Shown: positions 12,594 through 28,239, counted from the stretch's first letter. The stretch: DNA of 64,000 nucleotides from Octopus vulgaris (GCA_951406725.2 OX597835.1:48546001-48610000); one strand, 5' to 3'. The notes: generated by a model from the sequence alone, not told the origin. Program-made: numbers and translations.

Positions 12594-15500
12594 AGAGAAC
12601 ACCGGGGGACGTTTAACAGAGAGAACACCGGGGCACGTTTAACATGTAAGAGCGATAAAACAGTGCTCCGAAATCTATCCACAAACATCGGAAACAAAGA
12701 ATAGCTGACAAAGGATTGGACTATATCCGAGTAATACTCATTGAATTTTATTACTATTTTCCAAACGAAATTATGTATTTTAACTCGATATCATCTCCAC
12801 CTCTCGCACAGCACAACATGTAAACATGCTTGATACATTACGATCCATCAACACCAGACCATCTCCGGCCCCAAACACCATGTACAAAAAAACTACGAAT
12901 AAATTAAATAAAACCGGTATTATTCAACTCAGGAATAACAATCGAGAAGTGCGTACTTTAAACTTGTTACACAAAAAGTACGAAAAACTACACGTGCAAA
13001 ACAATGTGACAGCAGTATTGAACGGACTGGTTCCCTACGAAAATGACGACCGTCAAAATAAAGGGCCGGACGTTGTTCCTCATGTCCCTCAAATAAAACC
13101 CAAAAACGGCATAAATGGACACGTGAAGAATATATTTCAATCCTACACGCTTACTTTACAGCAGTGTTCTACTCAAAAAACGAAAACTCAACATATACAT
13201 ATAAAATATGGAAGAAAAATAACATAAACAAAGGCTTGGATACAGCAATGAACCCTAATAAACTAACAAACATACAAAGATATATTCTCAACGCAAAAAA
13301 ATATCAGAAATAGAAATAGAACATTTAAAAGAAAAGATACATCAGGAAAATGTAGATAGAAGCCACACAACAATGCCAAATAATATAAACACTGAGATAG
13401 TAAGACACGAAGACAAACGTAACATTTCCAGCAAAAACGAAGTAAACAAAAAACAACAAACACAGACCGTAAGGATGCATAATAATGCACGACAAGCAGC
13501 AAGCATACGACAGACAAACATACGAATGAGAAAGAAAGCGACACAAATCTAAAACCTGGAAACAACGAAGGGGAGCCTAATGATTATAATACTATAAAAA
13601 GTAGAATAATCAAAGAACTGAAAAACACAGATCTCAAGATGGACCACCGACCATACCTTCCAAAAATCAAAATAGACAAAACAACAACATCAATTATAAA
13701 CAGCATAAACCTAGCCGTCTCAGAACTAATAACCACTGAAACAAATAGCGATATCACTGAGCTAAATGACTTAGTATATGCGCAGCCACTGCCGCCACAA
13801 AAGAAGCTGGATACTCCCTCAAACCCATCCAAACAGGAGTACCACTACCCAAACAAACCCTGTGGATAAATAACATCCCCCCCCCCAAAAAAGAAAATGA
13901 GGAAAGATCTGTCGATTCTTAATGAAATCAGCAAACAATCAACGCTACTAAGCAACAAAAAGAAAACAAAAATACTGTGCAAATACAGCATCACAGAAAA
14001 AGATTTACCTGAGATAAAAGAAAAGCTAAAGCAAGATATTCATGCCAAAGCACAAAGGATCCGCCGGCATGAGAAACGCCAACGTTTCTTTGAACAAAAC
14101 AAACAGTGCAACTCCAACCCCAAAAGTTCTACCAGGAACTTGGCAAAAATAAAATAGGCATCACTGCAGCACCAACGGCAGAAGAAGTGGAAGAATTCTG
14201 GAAAGAAATATGGTCAGCGAATGAACAACCACAGAAAAGGACTGCAAAGACTAAGCAACTGGAAGGCACCTGGACATGACAAGATCTCCAACTTCTGGTT
14301 GAAATATCTGACAGGAATGCACAAAAAGCTGGCTGAAAGCTTTAACGCCATACTGGCAGAGCAAGAGATAATGCCTGAATGGCTCCCGAAAGGAAAAACC
14401 ATCTTAATTCCCAAATCCATTGAGACAGCAAAACCAGAAAACTACAGACCTATAACCTGTCTCCCTACAATGTACAAAGCTCTTACTGCAGTAATTTCGC
14501 AAAGATTGAACAAGCACCTGGACGAAAACAACCTGTTCCCAGAAGAGCAGAAGGGGTGCCGCAAAGGCTCATATGTCTGTAAATATCAACTAATGATCAA
14601 TAAAGCCATAACTGAAGACAACCACAGTAAGAAGAAAGGCTTCAGTATGGTCTGGATCGACTACCGAAAGGCGTTTGATAGCATTCCCCACACGTGGATC
14701 CTCGAAACACTAGCCATTAACAAGGTAGTACCAACAATTATAAAATACGTAAGGGACTCATGAAAACCAAAACCATCCCCATTAGAAGAGGAATATTCCA
14801 GGGAGACACGCTCTCTCCAATCCTTTTCTGCTTGGCACTGACACCTCTATCTGATATGCTAAATAGAACTGGATGCGGATACAAATGTTACGGCAAAACG
14901 ATCAGCCACCTTTTATATATGGATGACCTAAAACTATACGCTACAAATGACAAACAGCTGGAAACACTACTACAGGCAGTTCATGGATTTACCAAAGAAA
15001 TAGATATGAAATTTGGATTAGAAAAATGCGCCAAAGTAACCCTGAAAAGCGGGAAACTAGTTAAGAGTAGCAACATCACACTAAATAAAGCCAATGAAAT
15101 AAGAGAATTAGACCAAAACCAAACTTACAAATATTTAGGAATCCATGAACTAGATAAGATGCAACACACACAAATGAAAGAGAAAATAAAGAAAGAATAC
15201 TATAGACGAGTTAGATCAATACTAAAAACAGAGCTCAATGCTAAAAACAAGATAATAGGTATTAACACTTTAGCCGTCCCGTTATTAGTTACAACTACAA
15301 TATCATTAACTGGATGCTAAATGAACTGACCAAGATAGATAGGAAAACAAGAAAAATAATGACAGGATCTAGGATGCATCACCCAAAATCTGACATATAA
15401 AGGCTATATATACAACGTATAGAAGGTGGTAGAGGCCTTATACAGCTGGAAAACTACTATAAAATAACCACCATAGGACTGCAAAAATATCTACTTCAGA

Positions 15501-15979
15501 AGGAAGGAAAACTGATACAAGTAGCGGCAAAACACGAGCAAAACAAAAAACTGTTCTCAGTATTTAAGGAAGCTGACAAATACAAACAAGAAATCATACC
15601 ACCTAACAAATATGAAGTAGAAGAAGAAGAAGAAGAAGAAGAAGAAGAAGAAGAAGAAGAAGAAGAAGAAGAAGAAGAAGAAGAAGAAGAAGAAGAAGAA
15701 GAAGAAGAAGAAGAAGAAGAAGAAGAAACAAAAGCTATAAAACAAATGAAATCCAAACTAAAAATAGAACAGCAAAAACCCATGATAAAACGATGGCAAG
15801 AAAAGCCCCTCCATGGCAAGTACTGTACTAAGCTAAATGCAAAAGAAATAGACAAAGAAAAATCCCAGCAATGGTTGAGAAGCCCAGGACTCAAAGCAGA
15901 GACAGAGGGATTTTTAATTGCAGCACAAGACCAAAGCCTCCCCACCAGAAATTACCAAAAACATGTAATGAAAAGAAAT
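12594..15979 (+). mobile_element. Second copy of the same R4/Dong LINE with 5' region retained, internal deletions and missing 3' end
   Basis: High similarity to 9651-11770 from about 13990 onward. N-terminal KRHKWTREEYISILHAYF motif near 13105. RT motifs in ORFs 14221 and 14760. Starts right after (TAA)n(TGA)n. Confidence 0.88.
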
Positions 15980-16683
15980 TATTCATATCATAAGCAGTTG
16001 TCTGAAAACGTCATCACGGTATTATCTACCGACGAGGCATGACGTTGCAGCTAGGACACTCTATAATGAAATACGTCGGTAGTATAACCCCTTGGACAAA
16101 GTCATAAAAGCCAGAGTCACTCATAATAAAAAGGAATACTGGTGGAATGTACCAGTGGAGACCTCAATAAAATGTAAGAACGACATACCTGATATAATGA
16201 TTTGGGATAGAGAAGAGAAACTGTATAATTGTGGAAACTAGTTAAAGATCAGTGAAAAAGAGAATACCTACGCTCAACTATCTGCGGTTACTCTATGCAG
16301 ATTACAAGTTCAGGTTTATACTTGAAATTATTGGGGTGCTGGGATATGTAACAAACTGCTTAAATACCTATCCTGAGAAATTAGGTTTCTCAAAAACCAG
16401 GAAGGATACAGCTAATTCGATGACTACAGATCCAATCCGTCACTAGAACTGTAAAAATCTGTAAAACTTTCCAGAAGTTTACCATTCAAATATATGAGCA
16501 TGTCTAGATATACAACTATATGCGTCAGAATACATACATAAAACAAAAACTTAGACATCTGCACATATACAAAAATAGCCAGTTGTTGATGTTGAAATTC
16601 TAATGAAGGAGCCTTGGATCTAGGTTAGAAACCGGCTCTCTATCTATTGGCAAGAAATCTTGAAATGAAACTAAACAATGACA
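15980..16683 (+). mobile_element. 3' fragment of a different RLE-type LINE family, ending in (CATA)n
   Basis: Reads HIISSCLKTSSRYYLPTRHDVAARTLYNEI, EYWWNVPVETSIKCKNDIPDIMIWDREEK and IIGVLGYV. Not nucleotide-similar to the 3' end of the 9651 copy. Confidence 0.75.
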
Positions 16684-17051
16684 AACATACATACATACAT
16701 ACATACATACATACATACATACATACATACATGCATGCATGCATGCATACGTACATACATGCATGCATGCATGCATGCATACGTACATACATGCATGCAT
16801 GCATACATACACACATACATACATACATGCATACATACATACATATATACTTACATACATACATACATATATACATACATATATACTTACATACATACAC
16901 ACATACATACATACACACACACATACATACATACATACATACATACATACATACATACATACATACATACATACATACATGCATGCATGCATACATACAC
17001 ACACACATACATATATACATACACACACATACATACATACATACATACATA
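16684..17051. repeat. (CATA)n/(CATG)n compound microsatellite
   Basis: Seen directly. Confidence 0.95.
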
Positions 17052-17299
17052 TTCTATACTGAATATACACAAATTACCCATTTCGATTCGACGAGAGATT
17101 CTCAAAATTGGAACGTAAGCTAGAATATTCTCTGATTACACAGAATATTCTGAAGAACATAACAATCACTAATTGTCCATTACGAAACAATTACGGTGAA
17201 GAAACCTTACTATTTGCTACTATATTTCGGTTACCCGTTGCTAGAAAGAAGTTGCGTATAGCCTCCATGCTTTAGCGTGGTGAAAATATCAAGAAAATA

Positions 17300-18000
17300 T
17301 AGTGCACGGAAAATGCTTCCTGCAAGGAAATATAATACATACAAAGCTTATAATACGGCATAATCACAAGGTGTATGTGTGTGAAAAAAATTAGATAACG
17401 ATAAAGTGCAAGCGACCCGAGTCGTAAAAAGGGATTAGAGATGGATAAATCTCCGAAATAAGGAGATAAAAATGTTATTAATGTTACAACAAATTCATGA
17501 CAATTTATCAGTTCAGAGATATAACATTTCTGAGAAAAAACTCTCGCTGAATACATGCAAGAATTTAAAAATTCTAATTTCCTGTTCAAGCCATTTCCGT
17601 CTTGGGACAGGTTTGATATTTACTCTTTGATGAAAAACATACTTAATCAGGAAATGCGGATGTGTATTATCACACTCAGAATTATTCATTTTTTTAAACG
17701 ACTTTGTGTCCTTCAAAGACCAAATTTGCTTCAATATTCTGTATCGTGTCTTTTTGGGTTTCTCAAAAATATGCATAAGTTGACTGTATATTGTTTTGGA
17801 AGAATTATCAGTGAGCTTAGTATAAGATTTACACATACTGATTTGAATAAGACGAACCTAACTGAACAACTTGTAGGATTGTTATTTGAAGAAAAGGAGT
17901 CAAAAATATGATTGATTTTGAATGTAAGCGTGATACACAGCGAAACTACACTGTCTCCAGGTACTGCTGGATATTGTGGGGTGAAGTTATTGTTTGATTC
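17300..18000 (-). pseudogene. Possible highly decayed Penelope-like RT C-terminal relic
   Basis: Scattered minus-strand peptides LHPTI, SYTKLTD and FLSPYFGDLS resemble PLE motifs LHPNI, VYRKPT and LPYxGxxS in the expected order. Weak. Confidence 0.25.
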
Positions 18001-18063
18001 AAAATGTGAACCTAGAGAACAGAAAAATATGACGGGAACATGTGATTAGGGAGATTTTGGCTG

Positions 18064-18101
<38 letters not shown>

Positions 18102-18172
18102 TTACATTAATGTCGGATACAAAGTATTATAGTCCCTAGTAGACTGCATTAATCTAGGTTGTTTTTCCAAAG

Positions 18173-18310
18173 ATTGCACCATCACAGCCTCATCACGAAA
18201 ACTCACTGGAATACGCGATTTCGTTCCATTGGCACATGGTAGTTCAGGCCCTGAGGAATCGCAACCTTCAGGCCGAGAATGACGAATTTATTCGTATCAT
18301 TTTCAAGAAG
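18173..18310 (+). CDS. Candidate internal exon of an unidentified host gene
   Basis: gtttttccaaag acceptor, AAG|gtgact donor, 138 nt open, phase 0-0: IAPSQPHHENSLEYAISFHWHMVVQALRNRNLQAENDEFIRIIFKK. Confidence 0.4.
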
Positions 18311-19286
18311 GTGACTTGCTGAAATTAACATTTATTTTTCGTGTTGTTAAACATTAGTTCAGCCCTGAAAACCTCAATATATGATCAAACGGATTCCAAA
18401 ATTGAACTTCACGTTCATTTTCCAGGCGCTGGAAAATATATATGTGATTATTCACAAAAATGTGATTCATGCATACCCTCTATCTTCCTCTCTTTCTCAC
18501 CATCGAAAGTGCCACTCTACGCTTCTATGAATCCTGAAATAAGTTACACATAGCAGAGAAATTCTAGATATTAAAACAGCCAGCGACATCAATTCACCGA
18601 AGATCCGAGATATTATCTAACTATTGACATCAGAGAAAATTCTATTTTAACAGTTTACATACGGCTGAAGACTCACCACCATACGATTCAAAGTCCAAGA
18701 AAATATAATTAACTGTAATTAACCTGCACATTTAATGATAATCGTTTGGAAGGTGCGTGTTGTTTCCGTTGCACCATAGCAGTCTGTTAGTAATATCAGC
18801 TTACTTTTGTCACAAATAACACCACGTGATTTGTGTGGACCAATGATAATTAATCAAAGCGGTGAGTTACGGTTGCAATCACACATACGTCTTTATTCCT
18901 TCAGCAGTCAATCCAGTGTGTGCCAGCTGCGTGAAACCCTGATTGGCATTGGAGTGAATAACCATCTTGTTCGCAATATATAGATACGCACACACACGAG
19001 CAAACATACACATGCACACACACACACACACACATACACACACACACGCACACACACATATGCAGGTAAACTGTGATAAGCAAATAAATAGATACATAGA
19101 TATGCTTACACACATACATCCACACACAAGCATATACATATATACATGAATATAACACACACACAAAATATATGTAGACATATATTTTTATGAATGCACG
19201 TGATATATATAGACATATACGTGTATGTTTGCATATATATGTGTGTTTGTGTGTGTGTGTATATATATAGAAAGAGAGTGCTGTGC

Positions 19287-19329
<43 letters not shown>

Positions 19330-19940
19330 CATATCCCAGCCACCTCCCCAGTGCCAAGTGGTGCAGAACTGGTGGAGAGCTACTTAAGTAAGATAAATAT
19401 TTTTATGGTTTCTCGAATTACGGAAGATATTCTTTAATTTTTTTTTTTTTTTGTAAATTTGCCACAGAAAGAGGAATTATTCTAACAGGAAGCAGATGGC
19501 AAGTGGTTCTTTTTCGAATCACATTCTTTCTCTATTTCTAATTCACTTTCTTCCTTTCTCTCCTTCCTTTTTTCCTCTCAGTTCTTTCTTTGTCCATTTC
19601 TTCAAATATGAAAGTATTTATTAATTGGAGGTTTTGCTTCATTTTCCCCGTTTTTTTCTTCAATTTCTCTGAATATTTTCTCTCATTTTTAGTTTTTAAA
19701 GGTTCATTTTTGTTAATTTTATTATTATCATTATTACTATTATTGTTGCTGTTGTCAATGAACCAAGTGCTTGGATTTCTCGAACTATAAAGACGTGAGA
19801 ATATATGGCTCAAAATGTGTGATAGAGCTAACAAAGAGGTGGAAATATTTTCGTGGGACCTGTTGCTGTTGAATTGTTAGTTACAATGTCGAATCTCTAT
19901 ATCATTATAATGGCAGGTAAAGAAAATATTTATCATTATT

Positions 19941-20061
19941 GTCGACTTTGCCTTCCATCCTTTCGGGGTCGATGAATTAAGTACCAGTTACACACTGAGG
20001 TTGATGTAATCGACTTAACCCCTCCTACCAACTTTCAGGCATTGTGCCTTTAGTAGGAAGG

Positions 20062-20117
<56 letters not shown>

Positions 20118-20163
20118 CATTATTATTATTATTATTATTATCATCATCATCATCATCATCATC

Positions 20164-20213
<50 letters not shown>

Positions 20214-20216
20214 TAC

Positions 20217-20279
<63 letters not shown>

Positions 20280-20293
20280 TATCATCATCATCA

Positions 20294-20345
<52 letters not shown>

Positions 20346-21055
20346 GATGATTATCATCATCATCATCATCATCATCGTCATCATTATTATTATTAAGGTA
20401 GCAAGATGGCAGAATAGTTAGCACGGCTTGCGAAATGATTAGCAGCGGCATTTCATATCTCTTTATGTTCCGAGTTCAAGTCCCGCCGAGGTCAACTTTG
20501 CCTTTCATCCTTTCGAGATCGATAAAATAATTACCACTTAAACACTAGGGTTCGATGTAATCGACTTTTGGCACAAGGCCTGAAACTGATGGTTAGAGGT
20601 GTTGGACTCATGATCGTAAGCTTGTAGTTTCGATTCCGGGTCTGGATGTTGCACTGTGTTCTTGAGCAAAACACTTCATTTCCCGTTGCTCCAGTCCACT
20701 CAGCTAGCAAAAAGGAGTAATCCTGCAAGGGACCGGCATTCCATCCACGGAAGAAATCTATTAGCCATGGAAACCGGGAAAACGGCCCCTATTGGTCGGT
20801 GTAACTAGAGAAAGCAATTTTGCTTTATGGCAGAATGGTTAGGATGCCGGGCGAAATGGTTGGCGGTATTTCGTCTGTCACTTCGCTCTGAGTTCAAATT
20901 TCGCCACGGTCGACTTTGCCTTTCATTCTTCGGGGTCGATGAATTAAGTACAAGTCAAGTACTGAGGTCGATGTAATCGACTGCCCCCCCCCCCCACTAC
21001 ACACACACACATACACACAAATCCAGGCCTGGTGCCTATAGTAGAAAGGATTATA
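19941..21055 (+). mobile_element. SINE cluster: family B copies (19941-20063, 20398-20570, 20827-21055), a family C copy (about 20585-20825) and (TTA)n/(TCA)n
   Basis: Repeated GTCGACTTTGCCTTTCATCCTTTCGGGGTCGAT body. Family C has TTCGATTCC and CTTGAGCAAAACACTT. Confidence 0.8.
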
Positions 21056-22735
21056 AAAAATATCATTATTATTGAGTTGAAAGTGTTTCGTTGTGAAGTG
21101 ATATGATGTCTGGCGAGACGTCAGAATTATCACCTTTTCTTTTTTTAATTATAGCCTTACATATAATTCAGAGTTATCACTTTCAAAATAGCTCTTTCCA
21201 TTCTGTTTCTTCCAGTTTTGGGTCACGTCTTCTAAACGTATTTACAAGAAGTACCGCGCAGGTAACAATCGTCTGAAATTCTTTGACAAGAAAATGTCCG
21301 TGGGGAACAGTTCGAGAAAACAAACCAGCTACAGGATGACATTCACCACGTGCTTTACCAAAGCGTCACGTGAGCAAGTGTGTTGTGGTTGAAATCTACC
21401 TTCGCAACCACGAGGTCACGGAGTTGATCTCGCTGTCAACTTGGTCAAATGTAATTATGTATACTTTCAGCTCGAGTCGTCATTTGTGAATGAAACTGGG
21501 TAAACGAAAACTGTGTGGAAGCCTGTATTATATCTGTAATTCGAAACGTATGCCTTTGCCACAGCCGGCATCACGCTGATACTACATGGAAGTCAGATTA
21601 AGGGTACACATGACTATGACATACTCACCGCTTATAAGTTAATTCAGGAGGAGATAATACAGTCGATCAAATATCCAATTCCTCATGGACAAACGACGGA
21701 GATCCACCATGACAGCAATATTTCCTTGTAAATCCGCACACCTTTATAACCAGTCCTTACAATGTCCCTTTATTCATCGAGCACAAAAAAGTAAAAATGG
21801 TCTGGCGCCATTCAAACCGGATTCTTACGTTCTGAATCTATTTACACTACCATCGAATTTTCCTTTCATCTCTCCATGGTTGAAAACAGGTACCAGTTAA
21901 GTACGGCAGTCAATGGTTTGGACTACTTCCCAACCATTTTTTACCTATGGATCCATTTGATTACTATTTTATTCTGGTGGAACCCCATAGCAATTCTATG
22001 TTTAAAGATTCTTCTTTTTTTCCTCTCTCTCACGTTCCCTTGAGTAGATTTGCGACGACAGCCAGTGTCTGAGAGGGCCATGTTTCGGTGACCGGAAACA
22101 TGTAGAAATGTGTTAAAAGACAGAAACCGATCTGGTTCCTGCAGTACACAAATATGCCTAGCACAAAACCTTTTCATAGACCCTTAAAATATTACTGTGG
22201 ATCCCCAGTTTACTACATTGCTTGTATGGACCCCTCGCCCAGAAATCTTATACGAACCCAATTTGAGAATCATTTGTATAGACTATCTAACCCTTGCAAA
22301 TTTCAGGTCTTTTGCTTTTGTTCGATTTAAAAGTGGGGAATTGACAGAAGAATTAGAATCTCGAAAATATACGATGCTGTGTTTCTTCTTCCTCTTTGTC
22401 TTTATGTTGCTGGTTCAAAACCTGTCCCGGTCAGATCTGTCGTAAATCTTTCTAAGGTCAATGAAATAAAGTACCAGTCATATATTGGGGTTGGTTTATA
22501 CTAACCATCCCCCTCCTCTCAAAATTCCTCGTCCTGTGTTTTACTAAATTAGAAAATTAAAAACAATTATTATACTAATATTTTATTACCAGCGACAATA
22601 CATACTACAGGTATGTATACATGCTCTGTGTGTATGTGTGTGTGTGTGTGTGTGAATTTCAGTGAGTGTGTGTTTATGTATTTATACATACACATATATC
22701 CATACACACATACATACACAAACATACATGTGTGC

Positions 22736-22797
<62 letters not shown>

Positions 22798-23864
22798 GTG
22801 AGTCTCTGTGTGTGTATGTGGCAACTAACCATAAATTGCCTAAATCAGATTATAGAAAAAATACTCAAAAATGCCAAACAATAAAATAATAAAATAAAAT
22901 AACAACACATACAGGCAAATATATATATATATAAAAAGAAAACAAATTATGATATATTCTGGTTGTTTTTAATTCTTACAATGGTCTAATGCCATAATGG
23001 CATCTAATACCATGTTCTTCATATTGCATTGTCTCAGGTGTTGTAAATTCCTCGTTTAACCAGAATCTCCATGATCAACGCACATGTTATTCCTCTTCCT
23101 CCACCTCCTCCTCTTCCTTTCTGTCTCTCTCTCTCTCTGTCTCTGTATCTCTCCTTCTTTTACACGCACATATACACATATACACACATACTAAGGCTAT
23201 ACAAACTTACATACGAGTTACGTATTCCCACTGCAAACAAAACACATCAACTTTAACAAAAGATATGGTTAACATCCCCAGCATCATTACCACGACAAAC
23301 CACTGCCACCCACAACACCACCATACCACCACCACAACCACCACCACCCCTTCCATTACCACCAGCATCAAAGTCACAAACAAGAACAAAAAGAAAAACG
23401 ATCATAATAACATGGAACCGACAAGGGAGTCTTTTCTGTACGGAAATAGCTACCTAATCTCTATAGTTACGACAACACTCCACTGCTTTTCAAAAAGCAG
23501 GACACATTTGATAACATGGTTTGATATGATAGTGCATCTTAAAATTAAAACGAGATGGTCACAGACGGAACAGCTTTGATCAGAAGCGCATTCGTAACAA
23601 TTTCGGTCACACATTTTAATATAGGTTATACACCATCCAGAACATTCATGAACTAAGATTCAAGAATAGGCCCAAGAAAGAGTACGACCGTGAATACAAC
23701 CGGCAGAACTGGCGCCTCTCTGATGGGTCTCTGGGATAACGTTACTCAACTGGGGAAGGGGGCATAGCTCGTAGGTTAGGGAGTTTCTCTTGGTTGGGCC
23801 ACTACCTCTCCGCATTGATTGGTCACATCTATGGTACTACTGACTTGTGATTAGTAATAGAATG

Positions 23865-24112
23865 TAAAGTTCCCTCCTGAGTCCTGTAAACTTACAAGGG
23901 CCGGTTTCCCGGCTCCCATGGCGTATATATTCCTCACTCGGACGGGACGCCTGTCCGTAGCCGGTTTGCTCACTTTTGCCGGTTGAGTGGACGGGAGCAG
24001 CATGAAATGAAGAGCCTTGCTCAAGGACACAATGTGTCGTTCGGTACAGGAATCGAAACAGTTATCATATGACCATGAGCCCAGGACCCAAACCACTAAG
24101 CTACGCGCCTCC
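23865..24112 (-). mobile_element. SINE family C
   Basis: Minus strand GGAGGCGCGTAGCTTAGTGG..TTCGATTCC..GTGTCCTTGAGCAAGGCTCTT. Similar to 20585 and to about 46600-46700. Confidence 0.75.
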
Positions 24113-25214
24113 ACCATCAAATAACACTGTTGCGGAAAAGAAAGTTCTTATCCGCCGTCGGATTCTTTAAGCCGAGTCACCTTGTAGGAGACTTAATGGT
24201 AGACAATGAGACAGTTGGGTAATATCCAAATCTCTGATGGTAATCCTTGGGAATATGGCCGAAAAGCGCAAATGACTATTACCCCAGGAGATGGTTCCTA
24301 AATCCCTATCACCCCTAAATCCCTATTGCCCATAAAGAGGAGATGTTTGAGGAGTCGACTCGCCGCGACTCTCCTTAGTATGGATGAATGGATGGATGGT
24401 TATGTATTACAACATATGTTTTCGTCAAGCACGATTATAAGAACAACAACAACTTTAAACAATATACTGCTTCCAACCGGACGACAACCGGCATCGCGAT
24501 CGTTGCTAAAGGCAACAGCATCGACCTCAACTCGAAAAACAAAATCAAAATTTACGACTCTTACTAACACTAATATCGCATCCTCTGCCAAATAACTACA
24601 ACGATGACATAATCAACAACACTGGAGTCCGACTAGCTGAAAATAGCAACTTAATCTCCCTCTTAACATAGACGCGTGAGGTAAGACTGGCTTCCAGTCT
24701 CGGTGTAACAAGACACCATGAACATCGTCAACATCGTCATTATCATCATCGTCGTCGTCGTCGTCGTCATCATCCTACTCCACCTTCTCCTCCACTTCAA
24801 CATCATCATCATTATATCCACCCTCCTCAAACTTCTCATTCTCTTCCTCGCTGTCATCATCATCACTATCATCATCGTCATCATCATTATCATCATCATC
24901 ATCAACTCACCTCAAACATAAACTCACCATCATCGAGGCCGCCGAAGATATCATCATCATCATCATCATCCTCATCATCATCATCCTCCTCCTCCTCCTC
25001 ATCATCATCATCATCATCATCATTGTCATTGTCTTCACCACTACCACCACCCTCGCATCCCACCTCACAACCAACAATAAAAGCATAAAGACAAGAACAC
25101 AATGGCCGTGGCGTCCCAAGCAAACCCACAACTATTTCATTTCTTTCCATCACCTTTCATCTCTATCGGGAGTTGAACACGGCAAAGATTCGAACACCAC
25201 TCACACATACACAC

Positions 25215-25278
<64 letters not shown>

Positions 25279-25412
25279 CATATATATCCCACAAACACAT
25301 AAACTAACATATGCACATACACACAAATACATATATATATGCATATATATAAGTGTAATTATGTATAAAATATATCTGCATATATGTATCAATATGTTTA
25401 TGTATATATATG

Positions 25413-25467
<55 letters not shown>

Positions 25468-26715
25468 CTATATACATATATACATATACAAGCACAAACA
25501 CACATAGACGCGTGTTTATGGTGCGTGTATGTATACATGTGTGCATTTATGTATACACTATACATACATACATATGAATAGAGCGTGTACAGGTTTCCAG
25601 GTGTATACAGAAGCATAAACTTATATATTTATGTATATGTATGCATATATGTATATATAAATACATACATATGTGTGTGTGAGTGGGAAAATGGGAGGGA
25701 GGAAGAGAGATGGACTGAGCGATGCTTTGAGATAACGCGTATTCATACATACACGAAATGGTCGTTACAAAAGACTTTTTTTTTAAAATCTATTATCAGC
25801 GGTCTTTTGTGTATTGTTGTCATTACATGGGCTGCGGCGAATATAACGTGTGTATATGTATGTATGTACGTATGTATGTATGTATGTATGTATGTATGTA
25901 TGTTTGGATGGATGGATGGATGTATGCATGTATGTATGTATGTATGTATGTATGTATGTATTTATGTATGTATCTATGAATGTATATATGTATGTATGTA
26001 TGCATGTATGCATGTATGTATGTATGGATGGATGTATGCATGTATGTATGTATGTATGTATGTATGTATGTATGCATGTATGTATGTATGTATGGATGGA
26101 TGTATGCATGTATGTATGTATGTATGTATGTATGTATGTTTTTATTTTTATAACTCTCTGCCTATGTACAATATATATACACATCATAAATATATATATA
26201 AATATAGATATGTATATCTATATGTACACACACATATATATATACATATATATATATACTTACATACACAGACACACACACATATATATACACAACTTTT
26301 TATATGTATGTATACATACACATATATATATATATATACATAAACATACATACGTATATATTCTCGTATGTTATATAATATTCTTGCATTGGAATATTGC
26401 TGATATGCTCTATAGTGTGAGTGTGGTGTGTATCTCTATGTATATTCCGATATGCGTCTGGGAACATCTATACATGAATATACGTCTGTGTGTGTGTGTG
26501 TGTGTGTGTGCGATATTTACGTGAATGGGCTTCAACAGCTGTGCACGCGTGCGCACCTGCGTGAAGGTGTATAATGAGCAGCGATCATGTACTGGCTTCG
26601 TAACCATATACCTGCCTGTTCGTGTGCCTTCTTTCCCCCCCCCCCCCATCTCATTGTCTTGTCCCTTTCTCTTCTTTCCCCCTACGTCTATCTTTGTCAC
26701 AATCGTCTGTTTCAG

Positions 26716-26881
26716 ATTCAGCGGAGATATAAAAATACATCAAACCTCTTTCAATATGTCGTCGGCAGCTCGCAATCACGAAACACGGGAAATAATGACG
26801 CCATGTTAACTAACAAAGATTTCACAAGAATCGTAACAAAATTTTCGGTTATGTTATACGCACTGGCTTTCCCCTCCTGGG
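26716..26881 (+). CDS. Candidate internal exon of an unidentified host gene
   Basis: Pyrimidine-rich region then tttcag acceptor and G|gtaaat donor. Phase 0-1: IQRRYKNTSNLFQYVVGSSQSRNTGNNDAMLTNKDFTRIVTKFSVMLYALAFPSW. Confidence 0.4.
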
Positions 26882-27129
26882 GTAAATAAAACCAGTTGTT
26901 GACATGAAATTAACAACGGCAGCTATGTGAATGTGTTTACGCATGTGTGAGTGTGTGTGAGCGTGCGTATATGTGCGTGTGTGTGTGAGCGTGCGTATAT
27001 GTGCGTGTGTGTGTATGGGTGTGTGTATGGGTGTGTGTATGGGTGATTGATCATATAAATTCGCACTTCTCTCGCAGGAGTTTATTCCCAGAACATTGAT
27101 TACAGAAGATGAGTTATGTTAAGTATATA

Positions 27130-27227
<98 letters not shown>

Positions 27228-27487
27228 GACACAAATATCTATATCTATACACACACACATATATTCATATATATATATATATAAATACTCATATATGCAT
27301 ATATATATATATATGTATATATATACATATATACCTACGTATATAAGTATAAATATATATGGGTATATATATATATATAAGTATATAATGATATACGCAA
27401 CACATAAATACATATAAGAAAATACATACAAACACACTCACATACACACATATGTAATAGAGGAAGTGATATATATGTATATATATG

Positions 27488-27539
<52 letters not shown>

Positions 27540-28239
27540 TTATATGTATGTATGTATCTTTGTATGTATGTATGTATGTATGTATGTATGTATGTATGTA
27601 TGTATGTATGTATATAAGTATGTATGCATATATAATAAACGGAGTTGCAAAATTTCTTCGACAAGATTATTAGTAGACCATAGATGTCCTTATAGTTGTT
27701 GATTTTTTGGTGTTTTAGTGGTGCTTTGGTGTTGGTGTTGTTGTTGGTGGTGGTGGTGGAGGTGTAGGTTGTGATATGGCAACAATGGAGGTGGCAGCGG
27801 TGATGGTGGTGGTTGTGGTATGTGTGAATGTTTGCATATATGTTGGTATATTTATATCTACACACACACACACACACATACAAACACACACATATATATA
27901 TAGACATATATATATATATACGCATATATATACATATATTTACACACACACACACACGCATATATATATAAACACATATGTATATATACATACATAAATA
28001 CATATATATATATATGCATGTATGTATGTATATATACATAAATACATATATATATGTATGTATACATGCATACATGTATATATATATATGTATACACACA
28101 CACGTATATATATACATGCATATGCATATATGCATACACATATATCCCTCCATATTCACATGGAGGGTAACATATATGAAGGCAATAACAGAAGTTACAA
28201 CAAAAATATAAAGGCAAATCATGCGTAGAAATCAGCAGT

